DNA from: a virus
Virus record (IMG/VR): IMGVR_UViG_3300044701_003423
Reading direction: 5' to 3' (one strand)
Length of the DNA stretch: 64,000 nucleotides
Shown here: piece by piece, positions 25,915 to 37,000 of the stretch
Position numbering within the stretch: position 1 is the stretch's first letter
Layout: each line of letters opens with the position of its first letter
Notes under the pieces: model-generated
What the model saw: the letters and a program-made list of their open reading frames with translations, nothing else
Databases searched by the model: none
What the model was told of the DNA's origin: nothing
Program-made: the position numbers and the translations under genes

Positions 25915-26628
25915 ATGTTAAGAAGTGTAGATGGATTGTTGACAATTGAAGCAAGTAAAACTAAAAGTGATTTAATTATTCCGGCAAGCGATGTATCGGT
26001 TGTTAATGTGCCGGAAAGTCCAAGCGAGTCAGAAAAACTTTTTAAAGCAATTTACAACGTACCTACTGACCGCCATGTGTGCTTGGTTTTGGTTAGGCAT
26101 TCAAAAGGCGAATATTTAAAGGCATTGGGAAATGTTACAAAAATTAAACACTTGGATTACATGGACGAAGTTCACATTACTTACCAGAAATCTTCCAAGC
26201 GTGCAGGTAGCTTTACCCACTTGGGAGAGTCTGGCTTTTTGTTTTATAAAGGAAGTCAGCCAGTTGTAGAAAATACAAATTGGTTTAGAAATGATATGAA
26301 TGGACTTAATGCGAGTAATCATTGGGATTTGGGAGTCTATTCCGTTTCTGACGACAAACTAAAAGAAAAAGGAGATAGGACAATTTTTCCTAAGTTTGCA
26401 TGGGAACTAGGACTGCTCCTGATGACTTTGGCAACTCCCTTGCAGCACAAAAGAATTGTTTGGACATTGCCATGGGACGAAAACCTTTTACAATTTTCCA
26501 GTGAATGGAAGATTCGTTTGCATTTGGTTACAACATCGGACGTTGATGCGTACGATGCTCTAACTGCGTACGAAAAAATTTCCAATAAAGAAGATAAAAA
26601 AATTAACAAAGTGGAGAGCTTATCATGA
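25915..26628 (+). CDS. hypothetical protein, possibly a degenerate N6/N4 DNA methyltransferase fold
   Basis: SDLIIPASD sits where DLIxTDPPY would be. FLFYKG and FPKFAWELGLLLMTL resemble conserved MTase blocks, but the SAM-binding FxGxG is absent. ATG 25915 was preferred over 25894. Confidence 0.3.
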   Translation: MLRSVDGLLTIEASKTKSDLIIPASDVSVVNVPESPSESEKLFKAIYNVPTDRHVCLVLVRHSKGEYLKALGNVTKIKHLDYMDEVHITYQKSSKRAGSFTHLGESGFLFYKGSQPVVENTNWFRNDMNGLNASNHWDLGVYSVSDDKLKEKGDRTIFPKFAWELGLLLMTLATPLQHKRIVWTLPWDENLLQFSSEWKIRLHLVTTSDVDAYDALTAYEKISNKEDKKINKVESLS

Positions 26629-28238
26629 AACAATTAGTCGTAGGTAAACAAGCCCGCGATATGGCGGTAGATGCTTTGCAGGAAATCGCAGAGGCTGTCG
26701 GGTCAACTTTAGGGCCAGCGGGTTTACCGGTTATATTTGACAAGCCAAATCAAATGGGTGAGATGCAACCAACCGTCACCAAAGACGGGGTAACCACCAT
26801 CAGCTGGATGCAGTTTACAGACCCAATCAAACACGCGGTGCATTACTTTGCTAAACAGGCCGCTAATCATTCTGTTTTGGAGTCTGGGGACGGCACAACT
26901 TCAACTCTTGTCCTTAGCGCGGCTTTGGCTAAAGCAATCAAAGAAAAAAATGCAGCCGCTCCGCAAGCTTATGCTCGTCAGGTTGAACATCACATTGAGG
27001 ATTGTATCGACTACATTCGAGAAAATGCAGTTAAAGACCCAGAAGCGGTCGCCATGGTAGCTAAAACGTCATCAAATGGCGATATGGAAATTGTTAATTC
27101 CGTTATGGAAGCTCTTAATAAGACCAGCGTTCATGGCACTATTCTCGTTGAAAAGAATGTAGCAGCTAAAGAGCGCTATAAAGTTGAACTACAAGATGGG
27201 TACAATGCCGGCCGTGGCTACAATCATCATCCCACCTTGGCTATGAGTTGTTCGGACAAGGTAGGCGAAAATCTTCCTTTTCAAATGGAAAAACCCTATA
27301 TTTTTCTGTATAACGGCGAGATTCATTCACTAGAGCAGCTCAACGCGGCTGTAACTGATTTGGGCATCAAGACAAATAACAGATTTACTCTTTTAGTTTT
27401 TGCTTACGACGTGGCCGAAAGCGTCTGTAATGAGTTGATCCCTGTAAATCGTAAGTATGCTGGCAAAGTTAGTATTTTTGTTTCCAAGGTACGCCAGACT
27501 GCCGAATTCAATAGCGGCATGCAAATTCTCATGGACATCGCTGCTATCACTAACGCTGAAATCTTTGACGGTGCTTCTTATGGTCGTGCTAAGGTAGAAA
27601 ACTTGGGTACTTGCAATCATGTAGTTGTTCACCCTTATAAGACAGTTCTACATGGTCGCAACAAGAATCACTTTATCCCCAAGCGTGCTCAACAAAATAT
27701 CAACGCTATGGAAGCTGCTCGTTCTGCTTTTGATAAGGACGTAATCGCTGCCCGTAATGCTGAGTTGACTGAGGGGCTAGTTACTATCGTCGTTGGCGCT
27801 GGCCATGCTGCTGCAGTACAAGAGCGAGCTGACCGAGTCGATGATGCTATTAAAGCGGCTCAGGCGGCAAGAAGAGGTGGCATTGTACCTGGGTGTGGCG
27901 TCATGTACCAACAGGCCGCATTGGCTTGTGGATTGCCTGAAAACCTTGTTCAAGCCCTATCTGCTGTCACCGATAAAGTGTTCGAGAATCTTGGCGCCAA
28001 AGTCCCGCCCCGTAAAGAGAACGAGACTTACGCTGTACAGGAAGACGGCTCTGTTAAGGTAGGACACTACAAGGACTTACAAGTTTGCGACGCGGCGGAA
28101 ACTTGCATGAGCGTATTGCGCAATGCTTGTGAGCTTGCTGCGATGTGTAGTACAACCGCTTGCTTTAGTTTGACTGCAGATTTGCAAAAGATGGATGAGT
28201 TGCGTAAATTAAAGTCTCTTATTACGGAGACAAGATAA
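26625..28238 (+). CDS. groEL: GroEL-like (Cpn60 family) chaperonin
   Basis: 537 aa. AVGSTLGPAGLPVIFDK...PTVTKDGVTT...ESGDGTTSTLVLSAALAKAI aligns with the GroEL N-terminal equatorial domain, including the GDGTT nucleotide motif. Confidence 0.8.
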   Translation: MKQLVVGKQARDMAVDALQEIAEAVGSTLGPAGLPVIFDKPNQMGEMQPTVTKDGVTTISWMQFTDPIKHAVHYFAKQAANHSVLESGDGTTSTLVLSAALAKAIKEKNAAAPQAYARQVEHHIEDCIDYIRENAVKDPEAVAMVAKTSSNGDMEIVNSVMEALNKTSVHGTILVEKNVAAKERYKVELQDGYNAGRGYNHHPTLAMSCSDKVGENLPFQMEKPYIFLYNGEIHSLEQLNAAVTDLGIKTNNRFTLLVFAYDVAESVCNELIPVNRKYAGKVSIFVSKVRQTAEFNSGMQILMDIAAITNAEIFDGASYGRAKVENLGTCNHVVVHPYKTVLHGRNKNHFIPKRAQQNINAMEAARSAFDKDVIAARNAELTEGLVTIVVGAGHAAAVQERADRVDDAIKAAQAARRGGIVPGCGVMYQQAALACGLPENLVQALSAVTDKVFENLGAKVPPRKENETYAVQEDGSVKVGHYKDLQVCDAAETCMSVLRNACELAAMCSTTACFSLTADLQKMDELRKLKSLITETR

Positions 28239-28239
28239 A

Positions 28240-28521
28240 GTGCCGTTAAGATTATACATTTGTAAAAAATGTAAAAAAGAAGTAGAACTGTTTGATGATG
28301 AAGTCAACGGTTTTACTTCTACTTGTAAAGAAAACTCTTGCGAACTTGAACAAAAGGCTGTAGATACTGCTCATACAGCGGGTACAACGGATTTGTACTC
28401 AAATCGGCATACGTATTATGACTCGATGCCGGAGAGGATTAAGTGGAATAATGAAGATATGAAGCGGAAAGAGAAAGAAAAAGCCGCTGAAAGATTTCAG
28501 GACGGACTTAAGAAGCTCTAA
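28240..28521 (+). CDS. small zinc-ribbon-like protein
   Basis: 93 aa with a GTG start. CKKCKK ... TCKENSC cysteine pairs. Confidence 0.45.
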   Translation: MPLRLYICKKCKKEVELFDDEVNGFTSTCKENSCELEQKAVDTAHTAGTTDLYSNRHTYYDSMPERIKWNNEDMKRKEKEKAAERFQDGLKKL

Positions 28522-28548
28522 GTTTAAAATTATGTTGAGGTGATGTTA

Positions 28549-29967
28549 ATGGCTACGTCTAAAAAGAAAAAACCCGTCGAGGGTTTGACGCGAGAAAAGG
28601 CCGAAAAATCTCGCAAATTCAATGAATCTTTATATGGTCGATATTTTATTACTGCAGCGGTTGCAGGCGCCCCCGTAGATAAAAAGTTCTTATCTACAGT
28701 CGAAAAGTTTTGTGAACAAAAGAAAGCAAAACTAATCGTTCTTCTAATGCGCGGTCATAAACGCAGCTTAGAGCCACAAGACCATATCTATGCACCAGAA
28801 ATAGAAAAGCTACATAAAGAAGGCAAAGCATTTGTTGAGTATGTTTTTAATAGTAATTTAAAAGCACTAGACGTTCAAGTTAACCCACAACAAGTATTAC
28901 CTTTGACTGGTCTTACTCGTTATGGCGTTGATGGAGACAAGCGTTATTCTGTTCTTGTTGCTTCTCCAAGACAACATATGAAGATTCTTCCCAGCGGCAA
29001 CGGATTGCATCCTCGTATGCTGCACTCAACAGGTGCCATTACTCTTCCTGATTATCAAAAAAACCGTCTCGGTCGCATTTCGACTCAAGACCATGTTGTA
29101 GGCGGATTGTTTGTCACTCTCGACAAGAGCCAGTTTCATTTGACTCAAGTACAGGCAGACGTTGATGGCTCGATGGTTGTTTACGGTAAAAGACACTTTC
29201 CAGATGGTTCTGCTGCAGAAGAAAGAGCAGAAGCGTTTGTCATGGGTGATTTACATGCTGGCTTTGATTGCCATAAGACGATGCAGGCTTGGTACGAAGT
29301 CTTTGCCGCAACCAAACCAAAGAGAGTATTTCTGCACGACATTATGGATGGCGTGTCTATTAGCCATCACTTGGAGCACAAGCCAATTGACCGCCTTAAT
29401 CGCCCTCATGAACTCTCTACCTTGGAAAAAGAACTTTTAATTGTCGGCAAAAAGCTTGCAGAAATTAAGGGTAAGATGCCCAGCGATGGCGAGCTAAACA
29501 TCGTAGCGTCAAACCACGCTCCAGACCACCTTGTACGATACCTAGATGAAGGTCGCTATCTTACAGACCATGTAAACTATGCTCTTGCTCACGAACTGAT
29601 GAATCTCAGGATTAAAGGTTCTGACAATATTTTGCGCGATGCTATCGACCCAGACAAGAACTACAACTGGCTTGACAGAAATGACGACTATGTTGTAGAA
29701 GGGTTTAATTTGGCAGTACATGGAGATAGGGCATCTAATGGAAGTCGAGGTAGCCCTGCTGCACTGGAAAAGACATACGGTAAAGGAATCAGCGGCCATA
29801 CACATACACCAGAGATTGTACATAGATGGGTTGTAGCAGGAACATCAACAAAGTTGAGATTATCTTACAACAGCGGCGCATCGAGCTGGTTAAATGCAAG
29901 TGTTTTATTGTATAAGGGTGGATTATTTCAGATTGTCATTTCTATTGATGGGAAGTGGACAAAATGA
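28549..29967 (+). CDS. calcineurin-like metallophosphoesterase
   Basis: Ordered motifs GDLHAG, LHDIMDG, ASNHAPDH, AVHGD and SGHTHTPE. The ATG at 28549 follows a GAGGTG SD; the track start is GTG 28540. Confidence 0.6.
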   Translation: MATSKKKKPVEGLTREKAEKSRKFNESLYGRYFITAAVAGAPVDKKFLSTVEKFCEQKKAKLIVLLMRGHKRSLEPQDHIYAPEIEKLHKEGKAFVEYVFNSNLKALDVQVNPQQVLPLTGLTRYGVDGDKRYSVLVASPRQHMKILPSGNGLHPRMLHSTGAITLPDYQKNRLGRISTQDHVVGGLFVTLDKSQFHLTQVQADVDGSMVVYGKRHFPDGSAAEERAEAFVMGDLHAGFDCHKTMQAWYEVFAATKPKRVFLHDIMDGVSISHHLEHKPIDRLNRPHELSTLEKELLIVGKKLAEIKGKMPSDGELNIVASNHAPDHLVRYLDEGRYLTDHVNYALAHELMNLRIKGSDNILRDAIDPDKNYNWLDRNDDYVVEGFNLAVHGDRASNGSRGSPAALEKTYGKGISGHTHTPEIVHRWVVAGTSTKLRLSYNSGASSWLNASVLLYKGGLFQIVISIDGKWTK

Positions 29968-29976
29968 GGGGGATTT

Positions 29977-30948
29977 ATGGATTTAAGAATTTTATGTGTT
30001 GGGGATATTCACTTTAGACATTCATCTATTGTAGAAAATGACTTACTAATCGAAAAGCTAAAAGAAAAAGTTTGGGAGTCCTCTCCCGATATTGTCGTTT
30101 TTATGGGAGACTTGCTCCACAATCACGGAACAACCTACGTTCAACCATTTAATCAAGTCCTAAAACTCTTAAAGGAAATTGGCTCAATCTGTACGGTATA
30201 TGTTCTTGTAGGAAACCATGACTACATCAACAACTCTCAGTTTTTGTCAGACAACCATTTTTTAAAGGCATTTGGCGGCCTAGACCGCGTCAAGATTGTA
30301 GATAGAGTAGTTAGCCACTATGGTTTAATTTTGATGCCCTACGTGCCTGCAGGAAGGTTTGTAGAGGCACTTGATACGTGTGAAGGCTGGAAGAGCGCAA
30401 AGGCTATTTTTTGCCATCAAGACTTTTACGGAGTTGAGCTAAACGGCATCAAGATGGAACATGGCGACAAATGGCCAGAAGACTTCCCCCTAGTCATTAG
30501 TGGCCATATTCATGAGCATCAGTGGCTAGAAAAGAACATTTGTTATGTTGGCACTCCCTACATGACGACCTTTGCCGAAACTGATGAGAAGGGCCTGAGT
30601 CTGTTTGAATTCGGTGAATCTGTAAAGCACACCCGAATTGACCTTGGTATGCCCAAAAAGCTGACTGTTAAGTTGACTCTTGACCAAGTTAAAAAGTTTA
30701 AAGTTCCAGAAAATACTCATCTGCGCCTTATGCTGGAAGGAGAGGCGTCTGCCCTGTCTGCATTTAAAAAAACAAAAGGATATTCAGAACTCGCACAAAA
30801 AAATGTCAAAATTGTATTATGTCCAACTGAAAACGAACTTTCCTTAAATGCGACCATTGTCAAAAAAACCTATTTGGAACTCCTAAAGGAAATGGTAGGA
30901 AGTGACGATACAGAGTTGATGAGCATTTTTAACGAAGCTCTTGCTTGA
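29977..30948 (+). CDS. sbcD: SbcD/Mre11-family nuclease
   Basis: CVGDIHF, FMGDLLH, VGNHDY and SGHIHEH phosphoesterase motifs, with a Rad50/SbcC-like partner downstream. Confidence 0.8.
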   Translation: MDLRILCVGDIHFRHSSIVENDLLIEKLKEKVWESSPDIVVFMGDLLHNHGTTYVQPFNQVLKLLKEIGSICTVYVLVGNHDYINNSQFLSDNHFLKAFGGLDRVKIVDRVVSHYGLILMPYVPAGRFVEALDTCEGWKSAKAIFCHQDFYGVELNGIKMEHGDKWPEDFPLVISGHIHEHQWLEKNICYVGTPYMTTFAETDEKGLSLFEFGESVKHTRIDLGMPKKLTVKLTLDQVKKFKVPENTHLRLMLEGEASALSAFKKTKGYSELAQKNVKIVLCPTENELSLNATIVKKTYLELLKEMVGSDDTELMSIFNEALA

Positions 30949-30955
30949 GGATAGC

Positions 30956-31582
30956 ATGTCAAACGATACAAGGGAAAGATTAGATAAAAAAAGATGCAAA
31001 ATAAAAATTTGCAGATTTGCTGATATCCGAGAAATTTTTCAAAATTTTCATTATAAAAAAGCTCACATGGGCGGCGGAATTAGCGTGTGTTTTGCTATGT
31101 TTATAGATGATAAATTAGTCGGCGGTAGCGTATTAGGAAAACCCAGACATGAAAAAAAATACAAAAATTGTATAGACATTCGTAGAATGGCTTGTTTAGA
31201 TAGCGCCCCTGTTAATAGTGAAAGTTGGTTTTTAGGTCAAATTATTCAGTGGGTTAAATTTAATTCAGATTATGAAAATGTACTATCGTACAGCGATGCG
31301 ACCGTAGGACACAGCGGAACAATTTATAAAGCAGCTAATTTTAAAAAAATAGGAACGACAACGCCTACAAAATTTGTAGAATGGAATGGAAAAACTTATC
31401 ATCCAAGGTCTATCACAATTGATAGAGATTATAGTTACAAAATGAGAGATGCTCTTAAGACAGGAGAGGCTGTTTTAAAAACAGGTTTACCAAAAACTAT
31501 TTGGCTATATCCTATAGTTCGTAATAAAAGCAGCAAAAAACAATTTATTTTAGAAACTTATATTAAAGAAAAAAAACAATGA
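30956..31582 (+). CDS. Mom-like GNAT-fold protein (candidate DNA base-modification enzyme)
   Basis: FHYKKAHMGG...FAMFIDDKLVGGSVLGKP...RRMACLDSAPVNSESWFLG...VLSYSDATVGHSGTIYKAANFKKIG matches the pattern I associate with the phage Mu Mom family. The ATG at 30956 follows GAGGA. Confidence 0.5.
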   Translation: MSNDTRERLDKKRCKIKICRFADIREIFQNFHYKKAHMGGGISVCFAMFIDDKLVGGSVLGKPRHEKKYKNCIDIRRMACLDSAPVNSESWFLGQIIQWVKFNSDYENVLSYSDATVGHSGTIYKAANFKKIGTTTPTKFVEWNGKTYHPRSITIDRDYSYKMRDALKTGEAVLKTGLPKTIWLYPIVRNKSSKKQFILETYIKEKKQ

Positions 31583-33750
31583 AAATTAAGATTCAAAACT
31601 TTCGGTCTATTGAAGACAAAGAGATTGAATTGCCTAATACGGGCCTTGTTCGTATTGCCGGCGACTCAGGTGCTGGCAAGTCTACATTCCTTGATGCTAT
31701 CTCTTGGGGTCTATACGGAGAAGCTGTTGCCAAGGGTGTAAAACCTTTGACTGGCAGCAAGAAGCCTATTGTAAACATCACATTCAAAGACATGCCCGTT
31801 TTGCGGCAGAACTCGCCTAATAGGCTGCTTATCGAGTCCAATCAGTATGAGAATGAGGCTGCTCAGGCTTTTATTGACACGACACTGGGCATGAACGCAG
31901 ACATTTTTCAGGCTTGCTCTTATATTAAACAGAAGCTCAAGGGTTCATTACTGTCGTTTAGTCCAGCAGAGCAGCTTCGCTTTGTTCAGAAGATTGCCTT
32001 TGGAGCTGACGACCCAGAAATTCATAAAGCCAAAATCTCAGTCATGATTAAGGAGATTGAGGGGACAATCAAAACTCAGGCATCTGAGTTGACTTTGCTT
32101 GCTGAGATAGCTCAAGCAGCTAAGTCCGCTCAAGAAGCTGCCGAGGCTCGCCTTAGTGAGCAGAAAAAGCCCGTTTATACAGCGGCTGAGCGCCTGTTTT
32201 TATTTGCTGACGCAGACGTTGTTAAACAAAAATACAAAGACGCTGAGAAAAACTTTAACGAAAAGAAGAAATTGCTCGAAGATATTAAAGATGCAACCCG
32301 CGACCTACAGAATGTTATTAACAATCTTGAGAATGCTTTAAGTGAACATACAAAAAACTTGATTGAACAAAAAGACAAATTAAATTCGTTAGAGCCTCCC
32401 GATGAAAAGTACACCGCAGAAAAGATTAAAGCCGCCTATTCTCTAATTCAGGCACAAACTGTCTGGTTAGCAAAATCAACGGAGACGGTCAAGAAGCTTC
32501 AAAAGATTCAAAATATTGTGCAAAAACACGGTGAAATTAAAAACATAGAAAAAACTATAGATAAACTTAGTACAGAGTTTTGGGAGCAAGAAGATAAGCT
32601 CAAGGAATTAGAAGGAAAAAAATATCGTGCTGAGCTTAGCTCTAAAGAACTTCCCTGCCCACATTGCAATCAGTCTGTTATTTTTTCTAATAATAATTTA
32701 ATAAAAGCTCACGACCATAGAGGAAGTTCTCTCGTCGATATTAAAAAAGAAATAGATGCAGTCAAAGCCACTAAGAATAAAATTGACGCTGAACGCATTT
32801 CTTTAGTTCATTTACACCGAGAGCTTAAAGGATTGCAAGCAGAGACAACTGAGCTAGGGCCAGCACCATTGCCAGCAGCTCAGACTCAAGAACAACTCAA
32901 TCAATTTCAAGAAAAAATCAAAGTTATTGAAATTTCTGTCTCTATGTACAATTTCACAAAGTCATCCCTTGAAACTGAGATTCAAAAACTAGAAGACAAC
33001 ATAGCCAAGACCAAGGCTTCTCTGTCTGACAACCAACCTAAACTCAATGCCCTTATGGCAGAGGGCAAGGCTATTTATAAAGAATGGGCACTAGCTCAAA
33101 TAGAATTAGACAATTGTGCAACGGACGTTGCCGAATTAAAAGAAAAGCTTCAAGTAGTTGAAATTGATGAAATTTATGAAAAACAGTTAAAGCAAGCGCA
33201 ACAAGATGTCGAAAAGAGTATTGAGAGAGCCAAGGAGGCTCAGGGCAAGTACGAAGCTAAGCTCAAAAGCCAATTGGCTGCAGAGAACAAGCTGAAGAAA
33301 GCTCTAAAGTTGAAAGAGCTAAGCGATGCTGCCGCGACACAATCTGTCGCAGCCATTCTAAGCTCAATCAACGCTCACGCTAAGGCGTACACCGAATTGC
33401 TGTTTCCAAATCAAGGCACAGTAATTACGCTGAACAACGTGAAGCAGAATAAGGACGATACGGTTCGTGCCAAGATGAGTACAACGGTTTTTCATAAAGG
33501 GGTTGAGTATGACAGTCTTGAACAACTCAGTGGAGGTGAACAAAACAGAGCAATGTTGGCGTTTCAGTTGGCTTTGTCAGACTTATTTAACAGTCCAATA
33601 CTTCTCCTTGACGAAGCGTTTGCAGGAGCGCATACTGAACTAAAGAACGACTGTATTGAGAGTTTGCGCAGTGTAGCGAGCAAGAAGCTCGTAATTATTG
33701 TTGAACATGGCCTAGATGACGGCCTTTTTGATGAGGTGATTTATGTCTAA
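31579..33750 (+). CDS. sbcC: SbcC/Rad50-family ATPase
   Basis: Walker A GDSGAGKST, a long coiled coil with a CPHC zinc hook, the signature LSGGEQNR, and Walker B LLLDEAF. Confidence 0.85.
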   Translation: MKIKIQNFRSIEDKEIELPNTGLVRIAGDSGAGKSTFLDAISWGLYGEAVAKGVKPLTGSKKPIVNITFKDMPVLRQNSPNRLLIESNQYENEAAQAFIDTTLGMNADIFQACSYIKQKLKGSLLSFSPAEQLRFVQKIAFGADDPEIHKAKISVMIKEIEGTIKTQASELTLLAEIAQAAKSAQEAAEARLSEQKKPVYTAAERLFLFADADVVKQKYKDAEKNFNEKKKLLEDIKDATRDLQNVINNLENALSEHTKNLIEQKDKLNSLEPPDEKYTAEKIKAAYSLIQAQTVWLAKSTETVKKLQKIQNIVQKHGEIKNIEKTIDKLSTEFWEQEDKLKELEGKKYRAELSSKELPCPHCNQSVIFSNNNLIKAHDHRGSSLVDIKKEIDAVKATKNKIDAERISLVHLHRELKGLQAETTELGPAPLPAAQTQEQLNQFQEKIKVIEISVSMYNFTKSSLETEIQKLEDNIAKTKASLSDNQPKLNALMAEGKAIYKEWALAQIELDNCATDVAELKEKLQVVEIDEIYEKQLKQAQQDVEKSIERAKEAQGKYEAKLKSQLAAENKLKKALKLKELSDAAATQSVAAILSSINAHAKAYTELLFPNQGTVITLNNVKQNKDDTVRAKMSTTVFHKGVEYDSLEQLSGGEQNRAMLAFQLALSDLFNSPILLLDEAFAGAHTELKNDCIESLRSVASKKLVIIVEHGLDDGLFDEVIYV

Positions 33751-34078
33751 AGTTTCTTTGCACAAGATGCCGCACCTTGATGTTAAGCGCCCAACCGCTG
33801 ATGCCCCTTTGAGCGTCCAGCTTGATAATGAAGGAAAGGGTTTCTTGGTCAGTGAGAAAGCTGGCCTTAAAACTACGTTTCCAGTGACTGGCGAACAGTT
33901 GGAAGATGTTGCAATGGTTTTGAGCTGCTCAGACGCAGTAAAAAATCTTGCAATGCACTTGATGTCATACCATGCGCATGATATGGACAGGGTTGTTGAA
34001 TTCCTCACCGATATTGCAGAAGAGTCAGTTGCAGACAAGATGAGCAGAATTCATCAAAAACTCAGTCATAAAGAGTAA
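33743..34078 (+). CDS. hypothetical protein
   Basis: 111-aa ORF coupled to the flanking replication genes. Confidence 0.5.
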   Translation: MSKVSLHKMPHLDVKRPTADAPLSVQLDNEGKGFLVSEKAGLKTTFPVTGEQLEDVAMVLSCSDAVKNLAMHLMSYHAHDMDRVVEFLTDIAEESVADKMSRIHQKLSHKE

Positions 34079-34081
34079 TCA

Positions 34082-37000
34082 ATGGAAATCCTAACTCCTA
34101 AATTGCCTAAGTATCGCCCACTGTGCATGTGCTTTCACTGCCATAGTGCTCAGGCATCTCTTGATGGAGGGTCTTCAGTTAAGGCTCTCGTCAAACGCTC
34201 AAAGGAGTTGGGACGCAAGTCTGCAACATTGACTGACCATGGCCAGATGGGCGGCTTGGCCGAACTATATGAAGAATCAATGAAAGCTGGCCTCACTCCT
34301 ATTCACGGAGTCGAGGCATATCTTATGTCTCCGTGGGAGCCGCCAAAGATTTACAAAAATGGCAAAGAAGAGCCGGCCACCTGTCATATGACAGTCCTGT
34401 TTAAAACTCAAAAGGCGTATGAATACTTTTCTTCATTAACTCCCATTGCTCATGACCGCGCCTTAATCAAGTACGGTGACATGAAGCCATTGATTACATG
34501 GGAAGAGCTGCAAGAGATTGGAAGCGAGATTGTCTTAGGCAGCGGCTGCTATGGTTCGGCTGTCTCTAAAGCCCTCAAGTCTGGAAGCCCTGAGCTAGCA
34601 GAACAAATTTATCAAAAGATTAGGTCTATTGTTGGGCCTGAATCTTTCTTTGTAGAAGTTATGCCTCATATCCTAGACCAAAAGTGGATTAGGCCAGAAT
34701 ACGACAAAGTATCAAAAGAAATTATTAAGTCAGGTATGTTTGTTCCAAACGACCTTGATGAGTGTGGCCTGCCTATTGACCTTCAAAAAGCCACTAATCA
34801 GTTTATGATTATGATGGCTCGCAAGTACAAAGACCCTATCGTTATCTCAGAGGATGCTCATATTGCTGTCAAAGAACATAAAGTTGTACAAGATGTTCGC
34901 CTTGGCGACAACTGGCGGTTTAGCTGCTCTTATTCATTAGAAAGCCCAGACGTATGGGCAGAAGCACTGCTAAAACAACTCCCTGAAATTACGTCGAGAG
35001 ACATAGAAGAATGGGTTGATAACTCATACAAGATTTTTGAGCAATTTAAAGATTATAAGTTTGAAACCAGTAAGACTCGGCACCTGCTGCCGACTATGGA
35101 GTCTGTTTACAACGTATCGACAGAGTCGTCATCGGTTCAACATCTTAAGAAGTTGATTGTTGAGAATGGCCGTTTCCCCAAAGACCCAGAAAAAGCAGCC
35201 ATCTATGCAGACCGCCTTAAAGAGGAAATCCGCGTACTGACACAACTTGGTTATGATTTCTTACCATACATCTTTACGGTACATGATGTCTGTAACGCTA
35301 TGCGTGAGCGTGGCTACCTTGCCAACCCCCGTGGTTCTGGTTGTAGTTCATTGGCGCTTTACCTGATTGGTATTTCAATTATTGACCCCATTGAATGGAA
35401 GCTGCCCTTCTCGCGCTTCTTGAACGAAGGCCGCGTTAAAGGAGGCTCATTTCCTGATATTGACTTAGATATTTCGGTACGCGAAGTCTGCCTTGATTAT
35501 CTCAAAGCTAAATACCAAGACAAGATGGCTCTTATTTCAACGGATGTGGCTATGCGCCTCAAGCTGACTATCCGCGAAGTCGAGCGGTGGATGTTTGGCA
35601 AGGTACGCTCATCAACGGAAGATGTGCTGGACGATATGCCTTTTGTGCCGCAGGGTGTTTCTGACCTTCATTTTTTGTTTGGATATGAAGACGAATCCAC
35701 AAGCGAGCATGTACAAGGTTTTTTAGAAAGCGGCACGCAAGCTGCCGAAAGATTTAAGAAATATATTGAAGAAGAAAAAGAGATTTGGGAAGTCGTATTG
35801 GCTTGTTCAGGTATCCCTAAAGCTCGCGGCGTCCATGCCGGCGGCGTTGTCATTACTCCAGTGCCAATTCAAAATGTTATTCCTATTACAAAGGTAAATG
35901 ACCAATTAGCAACTGCCTACACAATGAAATGGGTCGAATATGTTGGCGGCGTTAAATTCGATTTTCTCGGTGTTAAAACTCTTGAAAGCCTGTCATACTC
36001 ATTTGAAGCAATTAAAAGAAACTTGGGCGTCTCGTTTGAGTGGAAACAACCTGAGCACGACGAGCGCGTATTTGCCGATATTATTCATCAAAACAAAATA
36101 TCAGGTATTTTCCAGATTAGTGGAGGAGCGGTTGCCCCCTTCATTCAAAAAGCTCCTCCAAAAAATGTCAAAGACCTTGCAGCCCTTATTGCTCTCTGCC
36201 GCCCTGGTGCTCTTGATGCTCCAGCTCCTGATGGCAGCGTTCTTACTGCTGCTGATTATTATGTTGAGTGTTCTAACAATCGCAAACACCCTTATTATGT
36301 CCATTCTGAGTTAGAGCCAATTTTGTCAGAAACATATGGGGTTCTTGTTTATCAAGAGCAACTTATGGCTATTGCCAAGCTTGTATTGGGCTTAAATGAC
36401 CAACAAGCTGATGATTGGCGTCGCGCTACGGGCAAAAAAGATAAAAAATTAATGGATGCCCTGTGCGATGACCTTAAGCAGGCAGCACTAAAGAGAGGCT
36501 GGAACGAGGAGCAAGCTCAACGATTGGTTGATACGGTTGTTGCAACTGCCCGCTATAGCTTTAACAAAAGCCACAGCGCAAGTTACGGCGTAATTGCTTA
36601 TATTGAAGCAATGATTAAATGTTACTACCCCGCTTATTATTGGCTTGGCAAGCTAACAGTCAATCGCGGCAAGGAAGAAAAGATTCTAGCCTTTTTGTCT
36701 GAGTGCCGCGAATATGTTCTCCAGCCATCGGTTTTGCATTCCCACTCTCACGAATGGATTGTTGAAGGTGACAAGATTCGCGCTCCATTAGCTATGATTA
36801 AGGGCGTCGGCGTTGAGGCCGCTAAAGCGGTTGGCGAGTTTATTCGTGGACACGTTGATATGTCTAACCCAGACCATCAGTGGGGCAGTTTTTTATTGGC
36901 ATTGGCTGATTCTAAAAAAGCCAAGGCCGCAATTAGTTTTACGGCTACAACCGTAATCAACCTATTATACGCCGGAGCTTTTAAAGAAATTTTGCCGTCG

